Position numbers and translations under genes: made by a program
In this document: positions 19,424 through 29,224 of the stretch, piece after piece
Layout: each line of letters starts with the position of its first letter
How positions within the stretch are numbered: position 1 is the stretch's first letter
Notes under the pieces: model-generated
Told to the model about the DNA's origin: nothing
The model's database searches: none
What the model saw: only the letters and a program-made list of their open reading frames with translations
Source: a virus
IMG/VR virus record: IMGVR_UViG_3300030099_007635
Location: 32,001-96,000 of that record
DNA: 64,000 nucleotides
Direction: 5' to 3' (one strand)

Positions 19424-19823
19424 GTTCTTTAATCCTTATTCTTAATAATGAAGAAGAATAGTTATGACTTCTGTTATTGTATATTATTTGGTGATTTCTT
19501 CCATCCAAATCCTTGCCTGTAAATTCCTTGCCGCGCCAATCTTGGCCCACAAACCTAAAGTCTAGGGGCAGAACAGTTAATAGCTCTAACAAATCTTTTT
19601 CTGTCTCGTAGGGGATTATCTCAGATACAAACTTGACTGCGTTAAGCTGAATGTATCTCTCCACAATTGATTGAATTGGGATGTTTTTTTCTGGCCTTTC
19701 CGTATTCGGGTTTAAGTGAAGACCAACAATAAGCTTGTCGCATTTAGTAGCACATTCTTCAAGCATTAAAATATGACCAGTGTGTAAAAGGTCAAAAGCT
19801 CCAGCCGTAAAGCCAACTTTCAT
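19410..19823 (-). CDS. HxGH-family cytidylyl/adenylyltransferase (TagD/RfaE-like)
   Basis: AGAFDLLHTGH, VGQDW, RSHNYSSS; start moved to MKVGF. Confidence 0.88.
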   Translation of the reverse strand: MKVGFTAGAFDLLHTGHILMLEECATKCDKLIVGLHLNPNTERPEKNIPIQSIVERYIQLNAVKFVSEIIPYETEKDLLELLTVLPLDFRFVGQDWRGKEFTGKDLDGRNHQIIYNNRSHNYSSSLLRIRIKEHESR

Positions 19824-20326
19824 TATATAGTTGAATGAAGAAAAATTTGATGAAGGCACTCCACTATTCCATAGTCATCGGAGTCTACCCAGTAATTAAT
19901 TGAAGCTGTGTTTTCTGCTTTTTCCCTTAAGGTGTTATTTTCATTAAAACCAGTTAAAACAACATGTTTTGTTTCTACATCTTGGCAATATTTAAGGCAA
20001 TTAATAATATTTTTTGATTCTCCAGAAGAAGAAATTAATATTACCAAACTTCTTGGGCGCTCAAGTTGTGTTAAAAACATTGCAAAAGCCTCATCTTGAC
20101 CATAATCATTAATATAACATGTTAATCTTGACGGGTCTGAAAAAGAGATAGCTTTTTTACCCAGCACCTTGGTATAATCTTGTGCAATATGTGAAGCGAT
20201 TGAATTGCTACCCCCATTGCCTAAGATAATTATCTCTCTGTGATCGTCCACTAGAGATTTTAAGTTTTCACATAGTGTTGTTTCTTCTAATTGAGCGAGA
20301 AGATGTCGTAATTTTTCTATATTCAT
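19823..20326 (-). CDS. gmhA: SIS-domain phosphoheptose isomerase-like protein
   Basis: GNGGSNSIASHIAQD, NDYG, ISSSGESKN, LTGF, VECLH. Confidence 0.85.
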   Translation of the reverse strand: MNIEKLRHLLAQLEETTLCENLKSLVDDHREIIILGNGGSNSIASHIAQDYTKVLGKKAISFSDPSRLTCYINDYGQDEAFAMFLTQLERPRSLVILISSSGESKNIINCLKYCQDVETKHVVLTGFNENNTLREKAENTASINYWVDSDDYGIVECLHQIFLHSTI

Positions 20327-21243
20327 ATCTTAAATGATTTAGCGCCTCCATTGGCTATTTCAATTTCAATAGAGTCTTCTAGGTTAATCTGGTTAGATGT
20401 GACACAGAAGAAATATCCTCCTCCACCTGCTCCACATAAGCGATGAGAGAGGATTGCGGGATTATCCTCTAGCAATAAATCTAAATCTCTTAGGGATTTG
20501 TTGGAGACAACGTGAGGAGTTTGTCTTTTTTTTATGCGCCAACCATCATTAATTGTCTTAAGGGCTTTGTCAATGAGATCTTTCTCGATATAGTCTTTTA
20601 AATTTGAAGCGCACTCAAAAAAAGGAAAGAGGTTAGACTCTACTGTTGTCTCTAAACACTTTGTGGATTGCCTCGTTATATTAGTGGGCATCAACCACAT
20701 TTTAAAATCTTTAAAAATCTTAGAGTCTAGGTGTGTAATTTTGGGGCTTTGCGAATACTCTGAAAACTCCATATGCTTTAAGCCGCTCATTCCGCAACCG
20801 TAAGGGTCTTGTCTTCCTGTTAATGGGTTAAATGTTCTCTCTATTTCTAACGCTATTTTACAGATTTCAAAATTAGATTTCTTTAAATCATAAAAATCGT
20901 TGAATGCTTTTAAAATTGCAATGCAAAAGGATGAAGAAGAAGCTAACCCACTTCCCGTGGAATAAATGTCACTATTAAATGTTATAGTGACAGGACCATT
21001 ATCATAGCGCCTAAAGACTTCTCTGGCTAAATTATTCTTAATATTTTTCCAGTGTTTAACTTTCTCTGGGCGAGAATAGTTAATAATATACTCGTCACGG
21101 TGATTATTGTGTATCGAAACCGAGGTGTATAAATTGCAAGGAAAGCTAACAACATGACCTGAGCCGTGTGTCGTTATAAATTTTTCTAAATCTGTTCCTC
21201 CACCCGCAAGAGAAACTCTTAAGGGACATTTAGCTACAACCAT
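20323..21243 (-). CDS. hddA: GHMP sugar kinase, heptose-7-phosphate kinase-like
   Basis: PLRVSLAGGGTD, GSGLASSS, GRQD, LCGAGGGG. Confidence 0.85.
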   Translation of the reverse strand: MVVAKCPLRVSLAGGGTDLEKFITTHGSGHVVSFPCNLYTSVSIHNNHRDEYIINYSRPEKVKHWKNIKNNLAREVFRRYDNGPVTITFNSDIYSTGSGLASSSSFCIAILKAFNDFYDLKKSNFEICKIALEIERTFNPLTGRQDPYGCGMSGLKHMEFSEYSQSPKITHLDSKIFKDFKMWLMPTNITRQSTKCLETTVESNLFPFFECASNLKDYIEKDLIDKALKTINDGWRIKKRQTPHVVSNKSLRDLDLLLEDNPAILSHRLCGAGGGGYFFCVTSNQINLEDSIEIEIANGGAKSFKI

Positions 21244-21976
21244 TTTTGCACATAAAGTAGTAAGAGTTATCGTGATTTCTTAATTTTGTTTTGAAGTCGT
21301 AATCTTTGACAGTAAAATATTTACTCAATATTTCATCCCAAGGCTCTTTGGAATCAAAGACGGTTTTATGAAGTAAAAATTGTTTAGAATCAGCATTGTA
21401 TTCTGGGCAATCTTGATGAAATCCATTTTCATCTCTGACATCAGGGAAAAGAGCGATGCTACCAAAAAATAAGCCATCTTCACTCAAGTGTTCAGATACG
21501 TTTTTAAAGAAAATATCTAAATCTTTTTCATTAAAATGTTCTATAACCTCCCAACAGGTAATAACATCAAATTTAATTTTATTGTTTGTCTCGTCTAGTA
21601 TTGAAAAATTTTCTACTAAGTTCGCGTGGCGTAAAACCTGTCTGTTTTCCTCTATTAGCCAGTTTTGGTGTTTATATACGCCACAGCTACCGTCTAAACC
21701 AATGCAAACATTTGTCTCTGAACGTTTATGAAAATCTAAGATAAGCTGTCCTGCTGCACACCCCAAATCTAAGCAATTTATTTTTTCTTTTGTAAATCGT
21801 GATAAGGATTCTTCAATAAGATCTCTATCTGTATGGTTGTCTTCGCCAGCAGAACAGTTCATCTTTAATGGCTTTAGTCTTATCTCGGACGGATCTTTCT
21901 CTGAGACTTCTCCATGAAGAGTAAAATCTGGCTCATTTATGCAGAAGGGGTGGTTTGTTTTGACTACGGTGTTCAT
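21230..21976 (-). CDS. Class I SAM-dependent methyltransferase
   Basis: LDLGCAAG, FDVITCWEVIEH. Confidence 0.88.
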   Translation of the reverse strand: MNTVVKTNHPFCINEPDFTLHGEVSEKDPSEIRLKPLKMNCSAGEDNHTDRDLIEESLSRFTKEKINCLDLGCAAGQLILDFHKRSETNVCIGLDGSCGVYKHQNWLIEENRQVLRHANLVENFSILDETNNKIKFDVITCWEVIEHFNEKDLDIFFKNVSEHLSEDGLFFGSIALFPDVRDENGFHQDCPEYNADSKQFLLHKTVFDSKEPWDEILSKYFTVKDYDFKTKLRNHDNSYYFMCKNGCS

Positions 21977-21977
21977 A

Positions 21978-22961
21978 TTATTGTAAGAAAATTTTATTAA
22001 ATGTGTTCATTATCACTTCTGGCTTAAATTGATCATAGCAATTCCAGTTTTTTTCGGGTTCTGGAGTGAAATTAATTAGTTTCTCATACATTTCTTCTGC
22101 ATTATTATAATAGATACCTTTTTCACCTAAGGTCTCAATGTGGTGCTTATCTTTCGATAAACTCCATGTGATAATTGGTTTGTTAAGGCTAGAGAATTCG
22201 CCACAGGCGCAACCAAAGCTTTCTCCTTCGGCCCTCGCGTGAATCATAGCATCACAAGTGTTTATAAATTGAGATTTAATCTTAAGATCTGCGGAAGGTT
22301 CTAACTTTAGAGCACGGGGGTGAGAAAATGAAAGGTTCGTATTTTGAAACAAGAAATATATATTTTCATCTGAGTGTAGAACATGCTCCACTACGTTATC
22401 TGCCCAAGGTAAATTCCAACCATACTCTCCACCAGTCCTTCCAAAAACTCTAGCTGACAATGGAATTCCTAGCTCTTTGCGTAAATTGCCCTCGTCCTTT
22501 GAGAGAGGTGTAATCATGCTGGGGACAGCAGGGTAGCGACCACCAGAGGCGACCTTGCTTAGCCACTCTGAAACATAAGCATATACATCTCCATGTGGGT
22601 CACAAACTGGAGCGGCACATAATACCAGTGTTTTACATATCCGAGAAACAACGCCGTCATTGTTTCCAAATTTTTGCATATAAAGAGCATCACAATTTTG
22701 TGAAGCAATTACCTCGTCTAACAGGGGAACTGTTATCCTGCTGTTCCATGTCCAGTTTTCTTCTGGACTGTTTAAGGTAAAAATATCAGAGAACCTAGTT
22801 TGGAATTTCTGAATGACAGACGGATGATTTGCGTTATTCCCCTTATTATAAATGATAACAGATTCGTTACCAAGTAACTTTTCATTGTAATCAGCGAAAT
22901 CATAAAGAGTTATTTCAGTTCCACCAAGAGAAAGGTGAGGGGAATAAAAAGCAATTTTCAT
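21978..22961 (-). CDS. GT-B glycosyltransferase
   Basis: GGTE near the N-terminus; CDAMIHARAEGESFGCACGEF. Confidence 0.85.
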   Translation of the reverse strand: MKIAFYSPHLSLGGTEITLYDFADYNEKLLGNESVIIYNKGNNANHPSVIQKFQTRFSDIFTLNSPEENWTWNSRITVPLLDEVIASQNCDALYMQKFGNNDGVVSRICKTLVLCAAPVCDPHGDVYAYVSEWLSKVASGGRYPAVPSMITPLSKDEGNLRKELGIPLSARVFGRTGGEYGWNLPWADNVVEHVLHSDENIYFLFQNTNLSFSHPRALKLEPSADLKIKSQFINTCDAMIHARAEGESFGCACGEFSSLNKPIITWSLSKDKHHIETLGEKGIYYNNAEEMYEKLINFTPEPEKNWNCYDQFKPEVIMNTFNKIFLQ

Positions 22962-22964
22962 TTC

Positions 22965-23924
22965 TCATGAATTGTATACGGAGTTATATTTTGTAATAAT
23001 TCCTTTTAAATATGATTGGTGGATTTTGGGCGTTACAAAAGGCTTAGCAAATTTTGTCTGTTTTTTGCTTAATTTTTCCGCAACAGAAGGGTTTTTATTT
23101 AGCCAATTTACGGTGGCTTCCCAATCTATTTCATCAACATGCAGGAAGGCTCCAAAAGTTTTAAAGTAGTGATAATACCAGGACATATCATGACGCTTGG
23201 GGGTAAGGTAAATACAAAGAGAGTTTGAATACATCGCCCATAAAAGTCTGTCCCAACAATTTGTTTCTCCGTTGATGTTAAAAATGTATTTATACTTCAT
23301 TTGATCAGATGGAGCGACAAAGCCACCCTCAATCTTTTTCCAGTCGTATTTTTCTAGATACTCCGCATGCCCATTCGGAGTTACGTTCATGAAGAAGTTT
23401 GTTATTTTAAAGTCTGCTATCTCTGAGTCTTGGTTTTCCCAACAGAACGTAAATCTTTGATTTTCTTTGGGGTTGGCTCCTCCGCAATAACTTCCTGCAA
23501 ATACGGCTCGATCATTTTTGCTAGAAAAATCTATATCCCACTCTCCAAAATAATTAACTAACTGTGCAACGTTAAAGATGTGAGGGTCGGGAATTAAAAT
23601 ATTGCGATCATTTTTGCGACGAGTAAAACATAAGCGAGGAGCACCATCATCATAAAAAGTTAAATCATCGCCAAAGTAAATAATTGTTTCAAAATCTATA
23701 TCGGAAAAATCTAACCCACAACCAGATAAAAGATTCATAAAGGTTCTAATTCTGGAATGGTCTTGGGTGTCGTGTTCCCTGAAAATGTGAACTCCCCCCT
23801 TGTTAATTCGTGCGTGAATTTCTTGCGGTCTTAATTCTGAGCTTTCTAGGTTTTTAAAGTCCCCCTTTGTCAAGTGAGAGATTTCTTTGTTAACACAAAA
23901 ATCTACAATTTGTTTTTCGGTCAT
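22965..23924 (-). CDS. GT90/CAP10-like glycosyltransferase
   Basis: ILIPDPH, W..K.DRAVFAG, QMKYKYIFNING..WDRL, WYY; start moved to ATG 23924 (ATGA overlap). Confidence 0.75.
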   Translation of the reverse strand: MTEKQIVDFCVNKEISHLTKGDFKNLESSELRPQEIHARINKGGVHIFREHDTQDHSRIRTFMNLLSGCGLDFSDIDFETIIYFGDDLTFYDDGAPRLCFTRRKNDRNILIPDPHIFNVAQLVNYFGEWDIDFSSKNDRAVFAGSYCGGANPKENQRFTFCWENQDSEIADFKITNFFMNVTPNGHAEYLEKYDWKKIEGGFVAPSDQMKYKYIFNINGETNCWDRLLWAMYSNSLCIYLTPKRHDMSWYYHYFKTFGAFLHVDEIDWEATVNWLNKNPSVAEKLSKKQTKFAKPFVTPKIHQSYLKGIITKYNSVYNS

Positions 23925-24832
23925 GACTGCTGTGTGTTTATCCAGTCTAAAAGGTTGGTTTCTGGCTTCCACCCCAAAATATATTCAGCCTTAGAATTAC
24001 CCGCTAAGCTTTCTTTAATTTCACCCAGACGAGGCTTAATGAAAACATAATCTCCTTTAATGTGTTCTGCTATTTCTAGAATGCTGTAATTTCTACCCGT
24101 TCCAATATTAAAGGTTTCTCCTGAAACTTTATCATTGTCTAGATTGGCGGCTAAAACATTAGCCCTAACAACATCCCCAACATAGGTGAAGTCTCTTCTT
24201 TGAGTCCCGTCACCAATGACGGTCATAGGTTCTCCATCTCCTTTTTGTCTTAAAAAGATTCCAATGACGGGCGCATATTGGCCTTTTAATGGTTGCCTCT
24301 CACCGTAGACATTGAAATATCGCAGGATTGAGGTTTGTAAACCAAAGAGGTTTGTATACATTTTGCAAAACTCTTCTCCTGCCACTTTGCTCACTGAATA
24401 TGGATTAAGGCAGTCGTTTGTCATTACCTCCACATTCGGAATGGTGTTTTTGATTCCATAAGAGGCAGAAGTCGAGCTATATACTACTCTTTTTACCCCA
24501 GATTCTTTTGAGCACTGTAGAATAGTGCAAGTGCCAACCGTATTAACTTGAGCCGCCAGAATTGGATTCTTTAGAGTGGGCTGAATACGAGACTCGGCGG
24601 CAAGATGAAATACTATATCCACCCCATCAAACAATGGCCTGATATTTTCATAGTCACAAATATCCAATTTGTGATTTTCTGCTTGATCATTCCAATAAAA
24701 TGAATCGTGTGATTCACTTGATTCATTATCTATGACTTTTACTTTCCATCCTAGACTTATAAGATAATCTGTTAGATTAGATCCAATAAACCCCGCACCA
24801 CCAGTAATAATCGCTGTTTTTTTATTTTGCAT
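23921..24832 (-). CDS. NAD-dependent nucleotide-sugar epimerase/dehydratase
   Basis: TGGAGFIGS, YSVSK, RYFNVYG, GDGTQRRDFTYV. Confidence 0.93.
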   Translation of the reverse strand: MQNKKTAIITGGAGFIGSNLTDYLISLGWKVKVIDNESSESHDSFYWNDQAENHKLDICDYENIRPLFDGVDIVFHLAAESRIQPTLKNPILAAQVNTVGTCTILQCSKESGVKRVVYSSTSASYGIKNTIPNVEVMTNDCLNPYSVSKVAGEEFCKMYTNLFGLQTSILRYFNVYGERQPLKGQYAPVIGIFLRQKGDGEPMTVIGDGTQRRDFTYVGDVVRANVLAANLDNDKVSGETFNIGTGRNYSILEIAEHIKGDYVFIKPRLGEIKESLAGNSKAEYILGWKPETNLLDWINTQQS

Positions 24833-25670
24833 TATGCTTAAGGCTGTTTATTAGGGATTTAACCCTTTTCGTATAGGAATGCGTGGAAGAAAGAAATTCT
24901 CCCTGCTTGGATATTTTATCAAGTTTGTCCTTATTGTCTAAATAATACTTTAATTTTTCCGTTAATGAGTCAAGGTCGCGATAAAAAATCACATTTTCCC
25001 CATCTCTGAAACCAAGATAGTCATACATGTGATTATGATCTGTTATTAGCGCCGTTCCGCATCCAATCGTTTCAAAATTGCGATAATTTAAATCGTTAAA
25101 CATATTTTTATTAAAGTGCAGTTTTGTTTTGTTTATTGTCTCAACCATTTTGTCACCAATAACGAAAATGTGCTGCTGCAAATTAAAAGTTTGAGTTAAA
25201 AAATCTAAAAGACCCTTTCTATTAACGTGGTTGCCCACAAAAGACAGATCAATTGATTTGTCTAGTTTAAGGTTTTTTATTTTTTTATCGCAGAAGGCAT
25301 TGGCAAACCAAAGGTGGTGTGGCTCTCTCACATAATCTAAGGTAGAGTGTAATAGTAGTTGATATTTTCCTTTTTTGAAGATTTCCTCATAGGGTTCCTC
25401 ACCTCGACAATGTGCGTCGATACTCCATAACATCTTAAATGGCTTGTTACATTTTGATAAATCGGGAAGCCACTCGTCTCCGTAATTTTCTAAATTTAAA
25501 ATAAAATCAAAACTATTGAAATTGGGAGGAGTTTCGAAATTTTCATGTCCTTTACCGTAGACGGTAGGCTCCCAACCCTCTTCTTTAAAGGCGCGATAAA
25601 GACATAAACACTCCCTAAAGTCTGAGTTTTCAACATGGCGACTCGCCTCTTGTATAATTAATATTTTCAT
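24822..25670 (-). CDS. Glycosyltransferase, CgeB-like GT-B
   Basis: LSFVGN, NYRNFETIGCG, C-terminal HSYTKRV. Confidence 0.8.
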   Translation of the reverse strand: MKILIIQEASRHVENSDFRECLCLYRAFKEEGWEPTVYGKGHENFETPPNFNSFDFILNLENYGDEWLPDLSKCNKPFKMLWSIDAHCRGEEPYEEIFKKGKYQLLLHSTLDYVREPHHLWFANAFCDKKIKNLKLDKSIDLSFVGNHVNRKGLLDFLTQTFNLQQHIFVIGDKMVETINKTKLHFNKNMFNDLNYRNFETIGCGTALITDHNHMYDYLGFRDGENVIFYRDLDSLTEKLKYYLDNKDKLDKISKQGEFLSSTHSYTKRVKSLINSLKHNAK

Positions 25671-26368
25671 GGGCGAAAAAAGTTTTTCTTATACCCTTTA
25701 AATTTGACTAATAGGTCTGACTCAATCTCGGGAGGCATTGATTTGTTGTATTTTCCTTGTCCCAATGACTTTAGCTCTGATAACTTTTTCTCTTGTAGAA
25801 TTTTTAATGAATCCAGCATGAGTTTTTGCTCTAAATTTTGAATTCGTAATTGAATATCTAACAAGCTATCGTCGGGATATACTTTAATATCTTTTCTTTT
25901 TAAAAGCTTTCCCTTGTCTATTTCGGCGTTTATAAGGTGAGCGGTTGCGCCTTGAGGTAAATTGTCCTCTATTGCCCACTTTATTGTATCTAAACCTCTG
26001 TTTTCTGGCAAAATCCCAGGATGCATGTTTATAACCCCAATCTTAAAATCTTCAAAAGCAACAGGCTTAAGTATTCTGGCTCCTAGTATAATTCCCACAT
26101 CAAGTTCGTTGATATTTATTAGATTTTTAACCTTTTGGGAGTTATGTTTAACCACATGATATTCTATTCCATAAAAATCACACAGTTTTTTAGGGTGAGT
26201 CAAAAATAAGTCTTTGGGTCCAGTTCTTATTTTAGATTGATAAAATTTTAATTCCACTGGGTCTGCCGCGAAAACAATTTCAGGTTTATATCCCTCAATA
26301 CACAAATTATGCAAACCCATTTGTGTCTTTAGATGAGGGAAGTTATATGCAAAAACTCCTATTTTCAT
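25667..26368 (-). CDS. N-formyltransferase (sugar formyltransferase-like)
   Basis: INMHPGILPENRG, TAHLINAEIDKG. Confidence 0.85.
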   Translation of the reverse strand: MKIGVFAYNFPHLKTQMGLHNLCIEGYKPEIVFAADPVELKFYQSKIRTGPKDLFLTHPKKLCDFYGIEYHVVKHNSQKVKNLININELDVGIILGARILKPVAFEDFKIGVINMHPGILPENRGLDTIKWAIEDNLPQGATAHLINAEIDKGKLLKRKDIKVYPDDSLLDIQLRIQNLEQKLMLDSLKILQEKKLSELKSLGQGKYNKSMPPEIESDLLVKFKGYKKNFFRP

Positions 26369-27165
26369 ATTAATTTAGACAATAGCATATGAGACTTGCG
26401 GCAGTCGAGCTTTTTATTGCTGAAAAAAAACTTTTGCTCGTTTTCGATTGAAGATGCCTTTTCTACAAAAAGCGATTCAGAAACATGATGTCCATTTAAT
26501 TGCCAATGTTTTATTACTGACTGCTCTTGTAGATCTGCTATATAAGTGCAATTGGATTGGCGAACTATTATTTTTCTTTCTTTAAAGAAAGTATCTTTGC
26601 TCCAGATCATTCTGCATAAAGGAGAAGACGAGGAAAATACTGTTGTTTTATTAAGCTTCATAACTTTATAATCTGTTACCTCGTCTAAATCTAAAAGGTG
26701 AAAAAGTAAATCTATGTCGTGTATCCCAATGTCTTCAAAAATAGAAACGTCTGAGGACTCTTCAGAAACACAACATCTACTAAAGTCTATGTTTATAAGC
26801 TTGTCTTTTTCTATGCTTTTTTTTAAGGTTTGGATTGTAGGATTAAATCTTTCAACCATTCCTACCATAAGGTTTTCATCTGCCAACATGATATCAACGT
26901 GACCTTTTTTCAGAGCCACAGGCTTTTCCACAAAAATCTTACCCTTATATCCGCTATTTCTCACATACACATAATTGTCGTAGTGATATTTTTCGGGAGA
27001 TGTAATAAATATTCTATCAAAACAATTTAAATTATTTAAATCACACCTTTTGGACAAAGGTCCAACTGGATCGGGATCATACCAATACCAGTCTATATTG
27101 TTTTTGGTTAAATATTTAGCGTGAACCTTGCCTATGTTTCCATAGCCTATTATTAAACACTTCAT
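26365..27165 (-). CDS. Gfo/Idh/MocA oxidoreductase
   Basis: IGYGNIG, FVEKP, ERFNP, DIGIHDIDL. Confidence 0.9.
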   Translation of the reverse strand: MKCLIIGYGNIGKVHAKYLTKNNIDWYWYDPDPVGPLSKRCDLNNLNCFDRIFITSPEKYHYDNYVYVRNSGYKGKIFVEKPVALKKGHVDIMLADENLMVGMVERFNPTIQTLKKSIEKDKLINIDFSRCCVSEESSDVSIFEDIGIHDIDLLFHLLDLDEVTDYKVMKLNKTTVFSSSSPLCRMIWSKDTFFKERKIIVRQSNCTYIADLQEQSVIKHWQLNGHHVSESLFVEKASSIENEQKFFFSNKKLDCRKSHMLLSKLI

Positions 27166-27509
27166 AGTTCTTCAATTCTTTTGGCCTTGTCATCAATTAC
27201 TAAATCAAAAGCTGGTTTAGGTTTTGGGCTTGTCCCTGTAATCAATTCGTGATATTTACAACCCCATTGTTGAAGTTGTTGTGTTGTGTATTCATAATAA
27301 TCTACGCCTGAAGTCGCCCCTCTCGCAGTCCAATAAATAATCCTCCAGCCTTTCTCATAAAGGCCGTTTATCTTTTCTATATTTTTTTTGCTTGGAATTG
27401 CTAAATCATATCGTCGAGAACCTTTTTTATAATAACAGATGGTTTCGTCTATATCTACTAATGCCACCTTCCCTGTAATTGTTTTTTTGCTAGCTTCTTG
27501 AAAGTTCAT
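27162..27509 (-). CDS. Minimal HAD-superfamily phosphatase
   Basis: VDIDETIC, WTARG, KP..DLVIDDK. Confidence 0.85.
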   Translation of the reverse strand: MNFQEASKKTITGKVALVDIDETICYYKKGSRRYDLAIPSKKNIEKINGLYEKGWRIIYWTARGATSGVDYYEYTTQQLQQWGCKYHELITGTSPKPKPAFDLVIDDKAKRIEEL

Positions 27510-27510
27510 T

Positions 27511-28158
27511 TTAATAGTTTTCTGTAGGAGAATTTTTATACCACCAAAGAGGGTGAGTGCTGACTAATAGCTTCTTCCATTTGTTTAAGTGCAGAGAAAA
27601 ACAGCCCTCTCGCCACCTACAGCTACTATCTGATAAATATTTAAAATCCCTAAAGGTAGAAGAATTGGGACATCTATTTTTTTCAGGAATAAGGTCTTTT
27701 ACATCTATTCCCGTTCTAACTGGTTCGTGGATATTGAAGCATTTTATTTCTTTTCCTAGAATGTTAGAGAGTATTTTTAACTCGCTATTAACATGTTCTT
27801 CGTGTGAAGCGTTTTGGGGGCAAAAACTAGGCTCATAATGCAGTCCTATTTGCTGTCCAGCATTTAGTATTTTTTTGGCTATTTCAATAGAAGCTGGTGA
27901 TAGCATATTGTATTGTCTTGCATGTAATCTTAAGAAATAAGTCGAAATAACACCAAGCTCTTTTTCTGTGTCCAAAAAATTAGAACAAAGAGATATGTCG
28001 TGATCAACATCATGAACTAACACAATTATTTTGCAACTGTCTGCCAAGGGCAATCCTGCCCCTCCATCCCATGGGGTGATTGCATCACGAAATACATATC
28101 CCTCATCTTTGTATTTTTGTAACGTGTTTTTGTAATGTCTTATGGTAAAGTCGCTCAT
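27511..28158 (-). CDS. Polysaccharide-deacetylase-like protein
   Basis: HDVD, STYF, IGLHY, HEP, YLSDS, THPLWW. Confidence 0.75.
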   Translation of the reverse strand: MSDFTIRHYKNTLQKYKDEGYVFRDAITPWDGGAGLPLADSCKIIVLVHDVDHDISLCSNFLDTEKELGVISTYFLRLHARQYNMLSPASIEIAKKILNAGQQIGLHYEPSFCPQNASHEEHVNSELKILSNILGKEIKCFNIHEPVRTGIDVKDLIPEKNRCPNSSTFRDFKYLSDSSCRWREGCFSLHLNKWKKLLVSTHPLWWYKNSPTENY

Positions 28159-28159
28159 T

Positions 28160-29224
28160 TTATTTATCTATAACCCTCCCGTTATATTCAAAAATTTCTT
28201 TCCAAACTCTGGTTAATTTGGTTCCCCATTTTATTTTGTAATCATTTGTATTTTCTATTGATAATACTTCACAGATAGCTGCTTCAAGCAGATCAACACC
28301 CGCACCTCTACAGTGCTCCATGGTGCCTGAAACTCTGGGGTTTATTTCTAGAAGTTTGGGTTGTCCTTGTGAATTATATTTAAACTGTAGGTTTATATTA
28401 TATTTTAAATCTAGAGCATTATATAAAGTCTTTGAAAGGCTTATTAAATCTTGTTTTTCTTTAGTCTCTCCCCCAGTGCATATTCCCTCTTTTATCTGAT
28501 CTCTGCTTCTAGGTATACAGAAAAAATTTTTCTTTGTTCTTAAACAGTCTACGCTATACTCCTCCCCTTCTAGATATTCCATTATCATTAAATCTTGAAA
28601 AGATTTGCCGCCGTCTGATAGAATTTTGTATAAGTCGGAGAACGAAATATTGCTTTGAGTATTTTTTTGAGAGAAGAAGTCTTTTTTGCTTATGTTTTCT
28701 TTAATTATTCTAAACCCTCTGCTGCCGTGCGCTGAAACAGGCTTGACACAAGTAGTTATTCCTTTCTTGTCAAAGAACTGATAAAGTTCAGATAAATCGT
28801 CTACATTATTACAGATATTATAACTGGGAATAATCTGCCCAAGCCCCACTTTTTTACAAAACTTAAATAAGCTGTCCTTGTTTAATATTTTTTTCAAGGA
28901 AGAGCTTCCTGATGCAAGTATTTTACAAGATATGCTTGAAAAATCTGAAGCAGCAGTCGCTAAAGGTATTAACTCTTCATCTGCACAAGGTATAATGAGT
29001 TTTATGTTGTTTTTTTTACAATAGCTGAATAGTGTGGGAATATATTCTGGAGACGCTCCTTTGGGGGATTTAAATGAGTGTTCAGCAAACTTAAGACCAA
29101 GAGAGTCTGGGTTCATATCGCAGCCATGAATCGAAACATCCCTTAAAAGAGAAGAAGATTTAATAGAATTTCTAATATTAAGAAACCCAGGACAACCAGC
29201 GGCTGTTACTAAAATGTTTGTCAT
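28160..29224 (-). CDS. ATP-grasp ligase
   Basis: VKPV..HGSRG, MEYLEGEEYSVD, LLEINPRVSG. Confidence 0.88.
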   Translation of the reverse strand: MTNILVTAAGCPGFLNIRNSIKSSSLLRDVSIHGCDMNPDSLGLKFAEHSFKSPKGASPEYIPTLFSYCKKNNIKLIIPCADEELIPLATAASDFSSISCKILASGSSSLKKILNKDSLFKFCKKVGLGQIIPSYNICNNVDDLSELYQFFDKKGITTCVKPVSAHGSRGFRIIKENISKKDFFSQKNTQSNISFSDLYKILSDGGKSFQDLMIMEYLEGEEYSVDCLRTKKNFFCIPRSRDQIKEGICTGGETKEKQDLISLSKTLYNALDLKYNINLQFKYNSQGQPKLLEINPRVSGTMEHCRGAGVDLLEAAICEVLSIENTNDYKIKWGTKLTRVWKEIFEYNGRVIDK

